DNA from: an uncultured Candidatus Saccharibacteria bacterium
GTDB taxonomy: Bacteria; Patescibacteriota; Saccharimonadia; Saccharimonadales; JAGQNK01
NCBI GenBank assembly: GCA_964636355.1
Contig: CAZWRG010000001.1
Span: 41,687 to 105,686, forward strand
Direction of reading: 5' to 3'
DNA: 64,000 nt
The position numbers and the translations under genes are program-made. Below, in pieces: positions 46,326 to 55,422 of the stretch (its first letter is position 1; each line of letters opens with the position of its first letter). The notes beneath the pieces are model-generated. The model saw only the letters and a list, made by a program, of their open reading frames with translations, ran no database searches and was not told the origin of the DNA.

Positions 46326-46361
46326 GTGATGACCTTAGGCCTTATTATTTGGTAAGCCTCA

Positions 46362-46868
46362 CTAACCTTGTTTACCCTTATGCTGACTTACCGCATTCTC
46401 CATATTTTCGAAAGCTGCGTTTACGGCTGCTGCGCTTTGTTCGGTGTTCAAGTCGGTCCTTCCACTCTGGATGCTTCTATCAGTGTTCCATTGCGCAAAC
46501 TCACCCTGCGAGCCAGACTCCGATACATCAACACGAACCTGCCGCACCACACCATCATCGTCGTTAATCTCGGTGTGGTATAGAACGGGGCGAGGTTCAC
46601 CTAGCGAAGCTACCTCAACCTTAGTTGAACGATGCTGAGAATCGTATGGACTACCTGTCAATTTAACCTTTACTACTTTCCCGTGACTTGTTCTGTGTGC
46701 AGTTAGGGTCTCGCCACTATCGAGTAATAGCCTTCCTCGTGTAACCCTATTCGGCTCCAAATTTGTGTGACCTACATCAATAATTGCATTACCCAAGCTC
46801 TGCAAGCGTTCTGTTGTCAGGCTTTTCATCATATCTTCTTCGTCTGTCTTTGGTATTTTTTCGCTCAT
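46362..46868 (-). CDS. Hypothetical hydrophilic protein (orphan) in an AT-rich islet
   Basis: 168 aa. No TM segment or signal peptide. Own terminator. AT-rich on both flanks. Confidence 0.5.
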   Translation of the reverse strand: MSEKIPKTDEEDMMKSLTTERLQSLGNAIIDVGHTNLEPNRVTRGRLLLDSGETLTAHRTSHGKVVKVKLTGSPYDSQHRSTKVEVASLGEPRPVLYHTEINDDDGVVRQVRVDVSESGSQGEFAQWNTDRSIQSGRTDLNTEQSAAAVNAAFENMENAVSQHKGKQG

Positions 46869-47227
46869 TTTTTATCCTTTTGTTTGTTTTAATTATTGTT
46901 AATTATTTAACGGGTTTTAAATTTATATATATGACCTGTTTTGATGTAGTTTTGGCTGGCTTGGCTGTAAATCTCAAGCACTTTAATACTGGTCATAATC
47001 ATCACCTGAAAAACCAAAGCGACCATCAGTCCACGAGCCGAGCCGGTTGGCACAAGCTGACGTCCGTAGATCGATAACTTTATGTAGGTGTAGGCTTTTT
47101 TCATTTTGGTGTTTGTTTTATTCTTTAACGAATGCCTACATATTAACACGCTTGTGCTTTTTTGTCAATATTATTAAACTTATAGTCATTTCCGATCATC
47201 TTGAAGTTATGCTTAAATAAGACAGTT

Positions 47228-47818
47228 ATGGCCGACCAAAACCAATATGATTTCATTCTTAACCCGAATAACGGCAAATCAAAAAAAGATTTGTTTGCCT
47301 TTTTAAAGACAGGCAACAAGTTGGTTTTGACAATTTTTGTGGGAGTAATATTAATAATTGTGTTCGGGCTTTTGGCGCTAATATTAAACAGCGGCCCCTC
47401 GAACACAGAAAAATTATTATCAGTAGCTCAGCAACAACAGGAACTTATTCGGGTGGCCGACAGAGGCACCAAGGATGCCCGCGGCACCAGAGCCTTAAAT
47501 TTAGCCACCACTGTTAAATTAAATCTCAGCAGCGATCAAACTCCCCTAGTGGCGGCCCTTAAGGCAGAGGGAATGAAAGTTAATTCAGCGGAATTAAATG
47601 CCGGGAAAGACGCCTCCACTGATCAAAAACTAACCAATGCCCTGCAAAACAACCGTTTCGATGAGGTGTTCGTGGAGCATATTCAAGCTGAGCTGCTTGA
47701 TTATCAGACGGCCTTAAACGAGGCCTATAAAACGACTCGCAATCAAAAGCTCAAGGAAACCCTCAAAACCCAATACGACAACGCTACAATCCTAATCACC
47801 ACCGAAGTAAAAGAGTAA
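47228..47818 (+). CDS. Membrane-anchored hypothetical protein (single TM, helical Gln/Lys-rich ectodomain)
   Basis: Start taken at MADQNQYDF. TM segment LVLTIFVGVILIIVFGLLALIL. It converges on the CapA gene, with a 2-nt gap between stop codons. Confidence 0.45.
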   Translation: MADQNQYDFILNPNNGKSKKDLFAFLKTGNKLVLTIFVGVILIIVFGLLALILNSGPSNTEKLLSVAQQQQELIRVADRGTKDARGTRALNLATTVKLNLSSDQTPLVAALKAEGMKVNSAELNAGKDASTDQKLTNALQNNRFDEVFVEHIQAELLDYQTALNEAYKTTRNQKLKETLKTQYDNATILITTEVKE

Positions 47819-47820
47819 AC

Positions 47821-49035
47821 CTATTGCCCAAGCTGAGTCTTCATGGCTGGCCAGCCAACTCGCTGCTCAATTGACCGCTGAAGATCCGGACCAGCCCTTT
47901 GGGTGATCCGATGAGCGCCGCCCGAACTGCCGACCACATCGTAAGTTAGCTTGATGTCGTACTTGCTTAACCCGCGCTTATTGATTTCTTCCAGGCAATC
48001 GTCTTGCCGCTTAATGCACTGTTCGCCGACTTCCAACCACTGCGACATGTCATCGGAATACGGAACATTGATCGCAACGTCAACACTAAGTCCGCGCATG
48101 GTTTCGGCATCGATCTGATCAAAAATAAAGTTACCGGTTGAGTAAAAAATTGGCTTGCCTTTATAAACCTCGCCATTTTGGACCCAGTGCGGACTGTTGC
48201 CAATCACAAACTCGGCTCCGAGATCGATGATTTTACGAGCAATAAATTCCTGGTCAGGCGCCGCTTTGGCATAATACTCCGCCCCGGCGTGCATAAATCC
48301 AAAAACCGGCATAAACCTGGCATATTCTTCCATGACCTCAATTTCGCCAGGTTTAGGCTCTCTGAAGAAATAATGCCAAGCACAAAAAGCCAACGGCAGA
48401 CGAGCTTTTTGCTCAGACTGATCCGGATGGCTAACCAGAACCGGCAGCGCAATAATCTCACAAGCCTCGTCTTTTAGCGACGGATCATGATGGCCGTATG
48501 TTTGAATTCCGGCGGCTTCAAGGTTTTTTAGTGTCATATTAAAAGCCTCGGGACCCAGATCGTTGGAGTGATTATTGGCCAAACTGACAATGGTGAATAA
48601 CTTTGACACCTCTGGCAGCCACTTTACATGACAGTTAAAAATCAGATTGCTGACCTGTGTGGCGTAAGGGATCACGTCGTCGGTGCTTGGACACTCCCAA
48701 TCAAGCGTCATGGCGTCGTACTTTTCTGGCTTAAAAGTATCCATTTTGCTAAACGGCTGCTTCAGATCATTACCGGCGTCGCGCTCTACGGCCCTGGCCA
48801 ACACAGCTGTTCCATTAAATAAATACCGCCCGGTCAACCGATCAGGTTTTGGCGCCTCTGGCTCAGCCTGCCTTACTGATTGGTCTGCCGGAGCTTCTGC
48901 CCGACCATTAAAAATAAAGATGTAGCTCAAGACAGCTGCCGCAACCAATAAAGCCAGCGCCAGACCAATCAAAAAGCGGTTTTTAAGGCTTTTGCTCTGC
49001 TGTCTTTGCTTATACCTTTGCATCTTGATTATCAT
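47821..49035 (-). CDS. CapA/PgsA-family metallophosphatase-fold protein (copy 1)
   Basis: 404 aa. N-terminal TM anchor. Motifs CapA/PGA_cap-like, including ...NSPHWVQNGEVYKGKPIFYSTGNFIFDQ. Confidence 0.7.
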   Translation of the reverse strand: MIIKMQRYKQRQQSKSLKNRFLIGLALALLVAAAVLSYIFIFNGRAEAPADQSVRQAEPEAPKPDRLTGRYLFNGTAVLARAVERDAGNDLKQPFSKMDTFKPEKYDAMTLDWECPSTDDVIPYATQVSNLIFNCHVKWLPEVSKLFTIVSLANNHSNDLGPEAFNMTLKNLEAAGIQTYGHHDPSLKDEACEIIALPVLVSHPDQSEQKARLPLAFCAWHYFFREPKPGEIEVMEEYARFMPVFGFMHAGAEYYAKAAPDQEFIARKIIDLGAEFVIGNSPHWVQNGEVYKGKPIFYSTGNFIFDQIDAETMRGLSVDVAINVPYSDDMSQWLEVGEQCIKRQDDCLEEINKRGLSKYDIKLTYDVVGSSGGAHRITQRAGPDLQRSIEQRVGWPAMKTQLGQ

Positions 49036-49072
49036 TATAGCAACATCAATAAGCGCTATAATTAGTATTAAG

Positions 49073-49963
49073 GTGAAGAATTATCAAATCCGGCCGCATC
49101 GATCATCAAAAGTAAAAACTATCTGGCTTAAGGCGTCACTTGTAGTTTTGCCGCTACTGTTAGGGCTTGGCTTTTGGCTGTATAAAACAAATCAAAAGCC
49201 CGGACCAGAGCCTACAGTGCCTAGTGCGTCTGAGGTTGATAAATCTAAAGCCGAACCCGAGACACAGCCCAAAACCGAGGCATTAAATCTACAGCCAGTT
49301 GTAGATAAATGGATCTCTGCACAGCCGGCCACCTACGCTATTATGGTTTATGATCCAGCCGCCGGGGAAGCCATCGGTTCAAACCTGGAAACTAAAGAAT
49401 TTTTCGCGGCTAGTTTATATAAATTATTCGTAGCCTATTTGGCGCTAATTGATTTTCAATCCGGTGCCCAGAACCCTCACGATGTAATCGTGGCTGGTCA
49501 AACCCGCCAACAGTGTGTCGATAAAATGATTCGCAGCTCTGACAGTCCTTGTGGCGAAGCGATGATGGCGGCGATGAATCGGAGTACAATTGAGCAAAAA
49601 CTGGCAAATATGGGCATAACAAACACTGATTTTAATGACCTAATGACAACCGCCAAAGATGTGGCAGTTGTCTTTGAATACATTCATAAAAGACGGCACT
49701 TGAACCAGCCAAACACGGCGCTGCTCAGAGACGCTCTGCTCAACCAACCGCAAATGTATAAAAATGGCTTGGCTAAGGGAGCGCCACAAGCAAAAGTTTA
49801 CTCTAAAGTCGGCTGGAATGAGCAACATAATTATCATGACGCTGGCCTGATGGCCCTGCCAGACGGCCGCGAATTTGTGGTGGTGATTTTAAGTCAAGGT
49901 AATGGCCGCAGTGCGCCAATTGCTGACTTTTCGTCGACTATTTATTCGGCGCTTACACGTTAG
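49073..49963 (+). CDS. Class-A beta-lactamase-like serine hydrolase
   Basis: Motifs SxxK (SLYK), SDS (the SDN-equivalent) and KVG (the KTG-equivalent). The start is placed at an in-frame GTG preceded by AAGGTG. The ORF track's ATG at 48992 would overlap the divergent CapA start by 44 nt. N-terminal signal anchor. Confidence 0.55.
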   Translation: MKNYQIRPHRSSKVKTIWLKASLVVLPLLLGLGFWLYKTNQKPGPEPTVPSASEVDKSKAEPETQPKTEALNLQPVVDKWISAQPATYAIMVYDPAAGEAIGSNLETKEFFAASLYKLFVAYLALIDFQSGAQNPHDVIVAGQTRQQCVDKMIRSSDSPCGEAMMAAMNRSTIEQKLANMGITNTDFNDLMTTAKDVAVVFEYIHKRRHLNQPNTALLRDALLNQPQMYKNGLAKGAPQAKVYSKVGWNEQHNYHDAGLMALPDGREFVVVILSQGNGRSAPIADFSSTIYSALTR

Positions 49964-50396
49964 GTGTATGATCGTCGGCGCCTTCGGTCACTAGAGTGTA
50001 ACTATGGCGAATCAGGCCCTGGATCTCCTCCCAATCCAGCTGGCCACTCAAAATAATCGTATTCCAATGTTTTTTGTTCAAGTGGTAACCTTCCATAACT
50101 TCGGTATATTTGTCCCTGAGCAATTTCGCCAGCTGGGGATCACATTTTAAGCTAATTCGCACTGGACTTTTGCCTTCAGCAATCAGAGCAAACATCTTAT
50201 CTTGAACTTTATAAACCGCCACGTCTTCGCCAAACGGATAATCCAGTTTGGCGCCAGGCATACTCAAAATATATTCTTCAACAGTTTCATGATCCATTAA
50301 ATTTATTATACAACACACTTTTTTCTGGATTATTATGAAGATTAAGTATATAATGCGAATCAATTGGAGAGTTAAGTCAAGACTGGGAGGTCTCAT
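49953..50396 (-). CDS. MmcQ/YjbR-family protein
   Basis: 147 aa. ...YILSMPGAKLDYPFGEDVAVYKV..KMFALI is typical of the YjbR family. Confidence 0.6.
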   Translation of the reverse strand: MRPPSLDLTLQLIRIIYLIFIIIQKKVCCIINLMDHETVEEYILSMPGAKLDYPFGEDVAVYKVQDKMFALIAEGKSPVRISLKCDPQLAKLLRDKYTEVMEGYHLNKKHWNTIILSGQLDWEEIQGLIRHSYTLVTEGADDHTPNV

Positions 50397-52203
50397 GCGT
50401 TACCATATTTATGGCCAACAACGTTCTACCAAAATAACAAATAAACTATTGTCTGTGCTTGCAGTGGCGTCGTTATTATTTAGCAGTGCCAGCTCCTTAC
50501 CACTGCTTTTTACTCAACGAGCCTTAGCTGTCACTAATACAGAAACTGTTTATCAAAATGATTTTGCTAATTCTTGGACTACTTGGACTTATCATGATGA
50601 TCGTAAAGATAGTACCGACCCGCTCAATGCAGCCACTCCTGCTCCAAACACCAATCACCAAATCGCTGCCAATCCAAATCCGGCTCCTGGCAATAATGGC
50701 GCCGTCAAATTAACTGCCTCAGGCGGACAAAAATTTAATCTAGCCAGCCTGCAATACTCTGGCACCAAGCTAAAAGACATCACTTCATTAGGATTTGATG
50801 TTTATACCGACAATCCTGGACAGGCCTACATTAATTTAGACATCAACTTCAATTCCTGGCAGCATGGACCAGGCACCGTAGACCACCAACGTTTAGTTTA
50901 TGTACCTCAAGGAGTTATAGCTAATCAGTGGAGCAGCCACGAAGCCACCACTCAAGGACTTTGGAGCTGGTCTGGTGGAGACACCTGGCCAGATGGCGTC
51001 GAAGGCCCTAGGACTTGGAGTAGTATTGTTGACGCATTTCCAAATGCCTATATATCACGAACATTAGCCGAAATAGTTTTTATCAAAAAGCCCTTCGGAA
51101 GCCTATATCTTAGAGCTGATGGAGACAGTCCAGTAACTGCCTATTTTGACAATATCTACCTAACTACGGCTACCCAAAACACAAAATATAATTTTGAGCT
51201 GTCGCCAGCTCCAGCAGGCTTAGGCTTTGTAGATGGCGCGCAAACTTGCGGTGGCGTAACAAGCACTAATTTTGCTCAACCTAAATGGGACTCGGTGTCT
51301 GGTGCCGTATCTTATGACTATCAGGCATTTTTGAATGGCAATCTGGTATTTGCTGCCAACTATAGCTCAACCCACCCTGGAGGAACCTTCGGCGGTGGCC
51401 AAAATGGCGAATGGTCATTTAGAGTTCGAGCCGTTAATGCTGATGGAACCGTAACAGCTTGGTCAGAGCCATGTGCCATTAACTTGGACACCTCTGCACC
51501 TACTTGGGACAGCAACCCAGTTCATGAGAGCCCTCTAAATGGTGCTTCAGTAACTGAAGGTAGCAACATTTTGATGCAATGGACTGATGCCAGCGATCCA
51601 AACGGCGTCAACTACTACTACGAGGTGTCGTATTCTAACCAAACTAATGGTCCTGGCGGTAGTTTCGTTAACCCAATCTGGACATTCGGTCCCCTAACCT
51701 CATCTGAGCATGACGGAACTGGAACAGTGGCTGGAAATTACTTCTGGCACGTTAAAGCCTGTGACGACTTAGGTAATTGTACACCTTGGACAGATCCATG
51801 GGGCGGTTCTGTGGTCGCTGAACAAATTAATCAACCAAACAGCCCGGCAACTGGTGGCGGTAATACGCTAGGAGCAACCACTGGTGGTAATACTCTGGTT
51901 GTAACCTCTGGGCGATCAGGTGCCGTTCAAGGAATCGGCGGAAATAATCAAGGATTCAACCAAACAAACAATCTTGGTGATGGTGATAACCAAGATCAAG
52001 AAGATGATGCCGGTGAAGTTGAAGGCGCCAACGTTGAAAATGACTTTGCCTCTATACCTGCCACCTTGGCAGCAGCTGACATCAATGAGCAAAGTGGCTG
52101 TACTAAAATCTTTGGTCTGTGCTGGTACTACTGGCCACCAATCATCGTGGCGGTACTAACCCTTGGTTACATTATTTACCGAAAAACCCAGACAGAAAAT
52201 TAG
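50395..52203 (+). CDS. Secreted surface protein with a C-terminal TM anchor; shares a ~105-aa Cys-containing C-terminal domain with the next gene
   Basis: Start taken at MRYHIY..., which has a GGGAGG ribosome-binding site. Signal peptide. Repeat/FN3-like modules. Shared domain signature W..SDP.GV.YYY.VS...NP..W.FGP....GT..G.Y.W.VKACD.L.NCTPWT.P. Gly-rich plus acidic stalk. Terminal TM segment with RK after it. Confidence 0.6.
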   Translation: MRYHIYGQQRSTKITNKLLSVLAVASLLFSSASSLPLLFTQRALAVTNTETVYQNDFANSWTTWTYHDDRKDSTDPLNAATPAPNTNHQIAANPNPAPGNNGAVKLTASGGQKFNLASLQYSGTKLKDITSLGFDVYTDNPGQAYINLDINFNSWQHGPGTVDHQRLVYVPQGVIANQWSSHEATTQGLWSWSGGDTWPDGVEGPRTWSSIVDAFPNAYISRTLAEIVFIKKPFGSLYLRADGDSPVTAYFDNIYLTTATQNTKYNFELSPAPAGLGFVDGAQTCGGVTSTNFAQPKWDSVSGAVSYDYQAFLNGNLVFAANYSSTHPGGTFGGGQNGEWSFRVRAVNADGTVTAWSEPCAINLDTSAPTWDSNPVHESPLNGASVTEGSNILMQWTDASDPNGVNYYYEVSYSNQTNGPGGSFVNPIWTFGPLTSSEHDGTGTVAGNYFWHVKACDDLGNCTPWTDPWGGSVVAEQINQPNSPATGGGNTLGATTGGNTLVVTSGRSGAVQGIGGNNQGFNQTNNLGDGDNQDQEDDAGEVEGANVENDFASIPATLAAADINEQSGCTKIFGLCWYYWPPIIVAVLTLGYIIYRKTQTEN

Positions 52204-52221
52204 AAAAGCAACTTAGAATAT

Positions 52222-52256
52222 AAAGGGCCCTAGATCAGGGCTCTTTATATTTTTTC
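52222..52256 (+). terminator. Rho-independent terminator
   Basis: AAAGGGCCCT AGATC AGGGCTCTTT ATATTTTTT. Confidence 0.6.
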
Positions 52257-52324
52257 AAAAAAACTACTTGTTCATATAAACATTTTACTTTAGAATATAA
52301 ATATAACTAATGTGGGAGGCGAAT

Positions 52325-53200
52325 ATGAATTCGTTAGGTGTGTTTCGTGATATCAAAAATAATTTTAGGCTGATACTTGGTCTAGTCATAGGACTAGCGG
52401 CAATTGGGCTGGTGGGCACTTCTCTGTCCACGGCAATTGCTGATGAATCCCCATCTGACAGCCAAAATATAATAATAAATGAGATTAAGCCCGGGACCGG
52501 CGGATCAGAAAAATGGATTGAACTTTACAACCCGACTGGCGATTCAATTAATATCAAGGGTTGGCGATTTGTCCGAGGCAACACAACCCTAAGTCCAGTT
52601 ATTAGCAGCAGCGCTGATTTGATTTTAAACCCCGGCGATTTCTACCTGTACAGTGTTAGCGGCTCCCTGCCAATTGATGGCGGCGCCAATCCTCAAGTTA
52701 AGCTACTAGACGGGCCATCTGGAAACATTATTGATTCAGTTGACTACGGAGTCAGCCTAGATGGTCAAAGCTATGCCCGATTTTTGAATAATTCCTGGCA
52801 AATAACAGATACGCCTACTCCCGGCAGCGCTAATGTCTTGAGTGATCAAACAGCACCAATTTGGAACCAAGAAAACGTTCATTTATGGCCAGAAAACGAT
52901 GCCGTGATCAGCGAAGATAGCGAAATTATCATGCAGTGGAGCGCTGCATCCGACCCCAGTGGTGTCGAGTATTACTATCTGGTGTCTGGTGTCTCCGGCG
53001 AAACCTCAGGAGATGACAACCGGTTAACTAATCCAATTCCATGGCTATTTGGTCCCTTCAACGAACCAAACCACAACGCCACTGGCACTTGGCCCGGTAC
53101 TTACTACTGGCAAGTCAAAGCTTGCGACAACTTAGACAACTGCACTCCATGGACTGAGCCATCCAAGGGCACGGTTGAGGCAGCTGAGTTACCTATTTGA
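52325..53200 (+). CDS. Secreted lamin-tail-domain (LTD) protein paralogous to the preceding gene
   Basis: Start at MNSLGVF, which has a GGGAGG ribosome-binding site 6 nt upstream. Signal peptide. LTD motifs IIINEIKPG...WIELYNPTGDSINIKGWRF. C-terminal domain homologous to that of the 50395..52203 gene. Confidence 0.6.
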   Translation: MNSLGVFRDIKNNFRLILGLVIGLAAIGLVGTSLSTAIADESPSDSQNIIINEIKPGTGGSEKWIELYNPTGDSINIKGWRFVRGNTTLSPVISSSADLILNPGDFYLYSVSGSLPIDGGANPQVKLLDGPSGNIIDSVDYGVSLDGQSYARFLNNSWQITDTPTPGSANVLSDQTAPIWNQENVHLWPENDAVISEDSEIIMQWSAASDPSGVEYYYLVSGVSGETSGDDNRLTNPIPWLFGPFNEPNHNATGTWPGTYYWQVKACDNLDNCTPWTEPSKGTVEAAELPI

Positions 53201-53758
53201 GATTTTAGGCATAACTTCCAGATAATGTTGCAGCTCGGCAATTGAAGCCTGGATGTCGTCAAAGGCCCGATGCACCTCTTGTTTTTCGAACACTTCACCG
53301 TGTTTGCCCTGCATCAGAATTTTAAAACTACTGACGTCCAGCATTCGGTAGTGCAGCTTGAGGTCCAGAAGCGGCATCCACTGCTTAATAAATAGCCGGT
53401 CATTGTGAATTGAGTTGCCCGCTAAAATGGCCGGCTCATCACCAAAATGCTTTTCGATAAGTCCAATCATTTCAGATTCGACCTGTTTTAGGGACTTGCC
53501 TTCTTCCAGCCGGTTAATAAAATCGTCACGATTAGCTGGATATTCGCGCCACCAAATATTTTTTTTAATTCTATCAAGCACAACCTCTCGTTTTTGCTTG
53601 ATTCTGGCTTCATAACTGGCTAAGGTTTTGAAGTCGAAATCTGTTATTTCGGCCGCTATTTCCAGCAAAACATCCTTGGCTGGCTCTAGGCCAGTCATCT
53701 CGAGATCAACCCAAAGCAGCCTAGTCGGTATTTGGTTTTTATTCTTCATGTGATTCAT
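53189..53758 (-). CDS. orn: Oligoribonuclease (DEDDh 3'-5' exonuclease)
   Basis: LLWVDLEMTGLEP (Exo I motif) and H-x4-D (Exo III motif). About 180 aa. Confidence 0.8.
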   Translation of the reverse strand: MNHMKNKNQIPTRLLWVDLEMTGLEPAKDVLLEIAAEITDFDFKTLASYEARIKQKREVVLDRIKKNIWWREYPANRDDFINRLEEGKSLKQVESEMIGLIEKHFGDEPAILAGNSIHNDRLFIKQWMPLLDLKLHYRMLDVSSFKILMQGKHGEVFEKQEVHRAFDDIQASIAELQHYLEVMPKISNR

Positions 53759-54552
53759 TATACCGATAAAATCAGATTTGCGATTATTTCTGGGGCTTCT
53801 AGGGGTATTTGATGACCAGTTGGCAGCACTTTAAGACTGCAGTAGTTATTGTGGGTACATACGAGCTCCAAATTTTCTTTGGCGTGGGCCGAGGTTAGGT
53901 CTTTTTGGCCAATAACTATAACCGTAGGGATTTTTAAGGATTTAAGATCCTGTGTAACCTCATCTATAAAATACTTGTTTTTAAGTAGCTTTTTATAGAC
54001 AAAATAACGGTGCTTAGTGGCATCCTTTACAACTTCTTTGGGATATTTTTTGTACAACCTAACTGCCAATTTGGTTGGGAAAAGGCCGGAAATGCCCATC
54101 AACTTGACGATTATATTGGCCCGTCTTTTGCCCGTTAGTCTGTTTTTCTTAAGAGCGATTGACGCAACCTGCTGCTTGAACCTCAAATCATCAAATAACA
54201 CCGGCGCCGATAAAACAACGGAATGGAACTTCTTAGGATTCTTAAGCGCCCACTTTATTGCGATCATCGCACCCAGTGAGTGCCCAACCAAGACTGGAGG
54301 CTCACTAAATTTATAGTCTTTGAAGGTCTCTTCCAAACAATCAATAAAATGCTCCATTTTGTAACTTATATTTCTCGGCTTAGGAGATTTACCGTGACCT
54401 AGAAGATCCGGCAATATAAGTTCTCTGTCCTCACCGATCAAACTAACCACCGAAGTCCAATAATCGCTGGAAGACATCATGCCGTGGAGCAATATAACCG
54501 GTCGACCTTTGCCGAATTTTTTAACGTTTAACTTATAAGTTGTTTTATTCAT
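53758..54552 (-). CDS. Alpha/beta-fold hydrolase
   Basis: HGMMSS (oxyanion hole) and nucleophile elbow GHSLGA. C-terminal His. Confidence 0.7.
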   Translation of the reverse strand: MNKTTYKLNVKKFGKGRPVILLHGMMSSSDYWTSVVSLIGEDRELILPDLLGHGKSPKPRNISYKMEHFIDCLEETFKDYKFSEPPVLVGHSLGAMIAIKWALKNPKKFHSVVLSAPVLFDDLRFKQQVASIALKKNRLTGKRRANIIVKLMGISGLFPTKLAVRLYKKYPKEVVKDATKHRYFVYKKLLKNKYFIDEVTQDLKSLKIPTVIVIGQKDLTSAHAKENLELVCTHNNYCSLKVLPTGHQIPLEAPEIIANLILSV

Positions 54553-54574
54553 TAGTTAAATTATAGACCAACAG

Positions 54575-55372
54575 ATGATGAACATATATGCCATTAGGTA
54601 TAATGTGGTTATGAAAAAGAAAATACTCTTAGCTGTTTTGGGGGCCTTGGTGGCCTTATCCACCGTTGGCTATTTAACCTATACGAAATCAGAAAATCAG
54701 ACGCCTCAAAATAACACGCAATTAAATCCACAGAAAGATTCGGAAGATATAGAGCTACAAAAATCAACAAAAGATTTTAACAAAACGAGATTTTCCATCA
54801 CTGACCCGGACAGTATTTGGGTGGTGGTTAATAAGAACCGGCCGTTGCCTGACGGATACGAGCCAAGTGATTTGATTGTGCCATCAGTAAGACTTAGGTT
54901 GGATTCAACAAACCAGCAAATGAAATTTCGCCGCGCGGCTTCTGGGGCACTACAAGAAATGTTCACAGCTGCCGATAGGGCTGGCGTGACTTTGGTTTTT
55001 GGCAGCGGCTACCGCTCAGCGGCTCTGCAAAAACAATTTTATGACAATTATGTAGCCCAAGATGGTCAGGCAGCAGCTGATCGTTACAGCGCCCGGCCGG
55101 GAACGTCGGAGCATCAAACTGGATTATCCTTTGACGCTACCAATATACGTGGCGAGTGTCATTTAGAAACCTGTTTTAAGAACACTCCAGAGGGTAAATG
55201 GTTAGCTCAAAATGCTTATAAATACGGTTTTATTATTCGCTATCCGGACGGCAAAGAGGCAGTTACCGGCTATCAGTACGAGCCCTGGCACATGCGTTAT
55301 GTTGGCAAAGAGCTGGCCGCTGAAATGAGCAGACAAAATATTGTTACATTAGAAGAATTTTTCGATCTATAA
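54575..55372 (+). CDS. VanY-type D-alanyl-D-alanine carboxypeptidase (peptidase M15B)
   Basis: SGYRS, SEHQTG..D and EPWHMRY correspond to the zinc-binding H-x6-D ... H motifs of VanY/M15. Signal anchor. The likely true start is MKKKILL. Confidence 0.75.
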   Translation: MMNIYAIRYNVVMKKKILLAVLGALVALSTVGYLTYTKSENQTPQNNTQLNPQKDSEDIELQKSTKDFNKTRFSITDPDSIWVVVNKNRPLPDGYEPSDLIVPSVRLRLDSTNQQMKFRRAASGALQEMFTAADRAGVTLVFGSGYRSAALQKQFYDNYVAQDGQAAADRYSARPGTSEHQTGLSFDATNIRGECHLETCFKNTPEGKWLAQNAYKYGFIIRYPDGKEAVTGYQYEPWHMRYVGKELAAEMSRQNIVTLEEFFDL

Positions 55373-55393
55373 ACCTATAACCCCATTTCGGTA

Positions 55394-55422
55394 AGCTTCC
55401 TGAGGTCAGACCTCAGGAAGCT
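55394..55422. terminator. Perfect 14-bp palindromic hairpin between convergent genes
   Basis: AGCTTCCTGAGGTC A GACCTCAGGAAGCT. It overlaps the stop codon of the CapA gene. There is no clear U-tract. Confidence 0.5.

Noticed and set aside
48992-49072. Long N-terminal extension (MLCCLCLYLC...) of the serine hydrolase given by the ORF track
   Set aside because: It would overlap the divergent CapA start codon by 44 nt and is extremely Cys/Ile-rich. An in-frame GTG with an AAGGTG ribosome-binding site gives a normal signal-anchor N-terminus, so the extension was treated as an artefact. This is uncertain.
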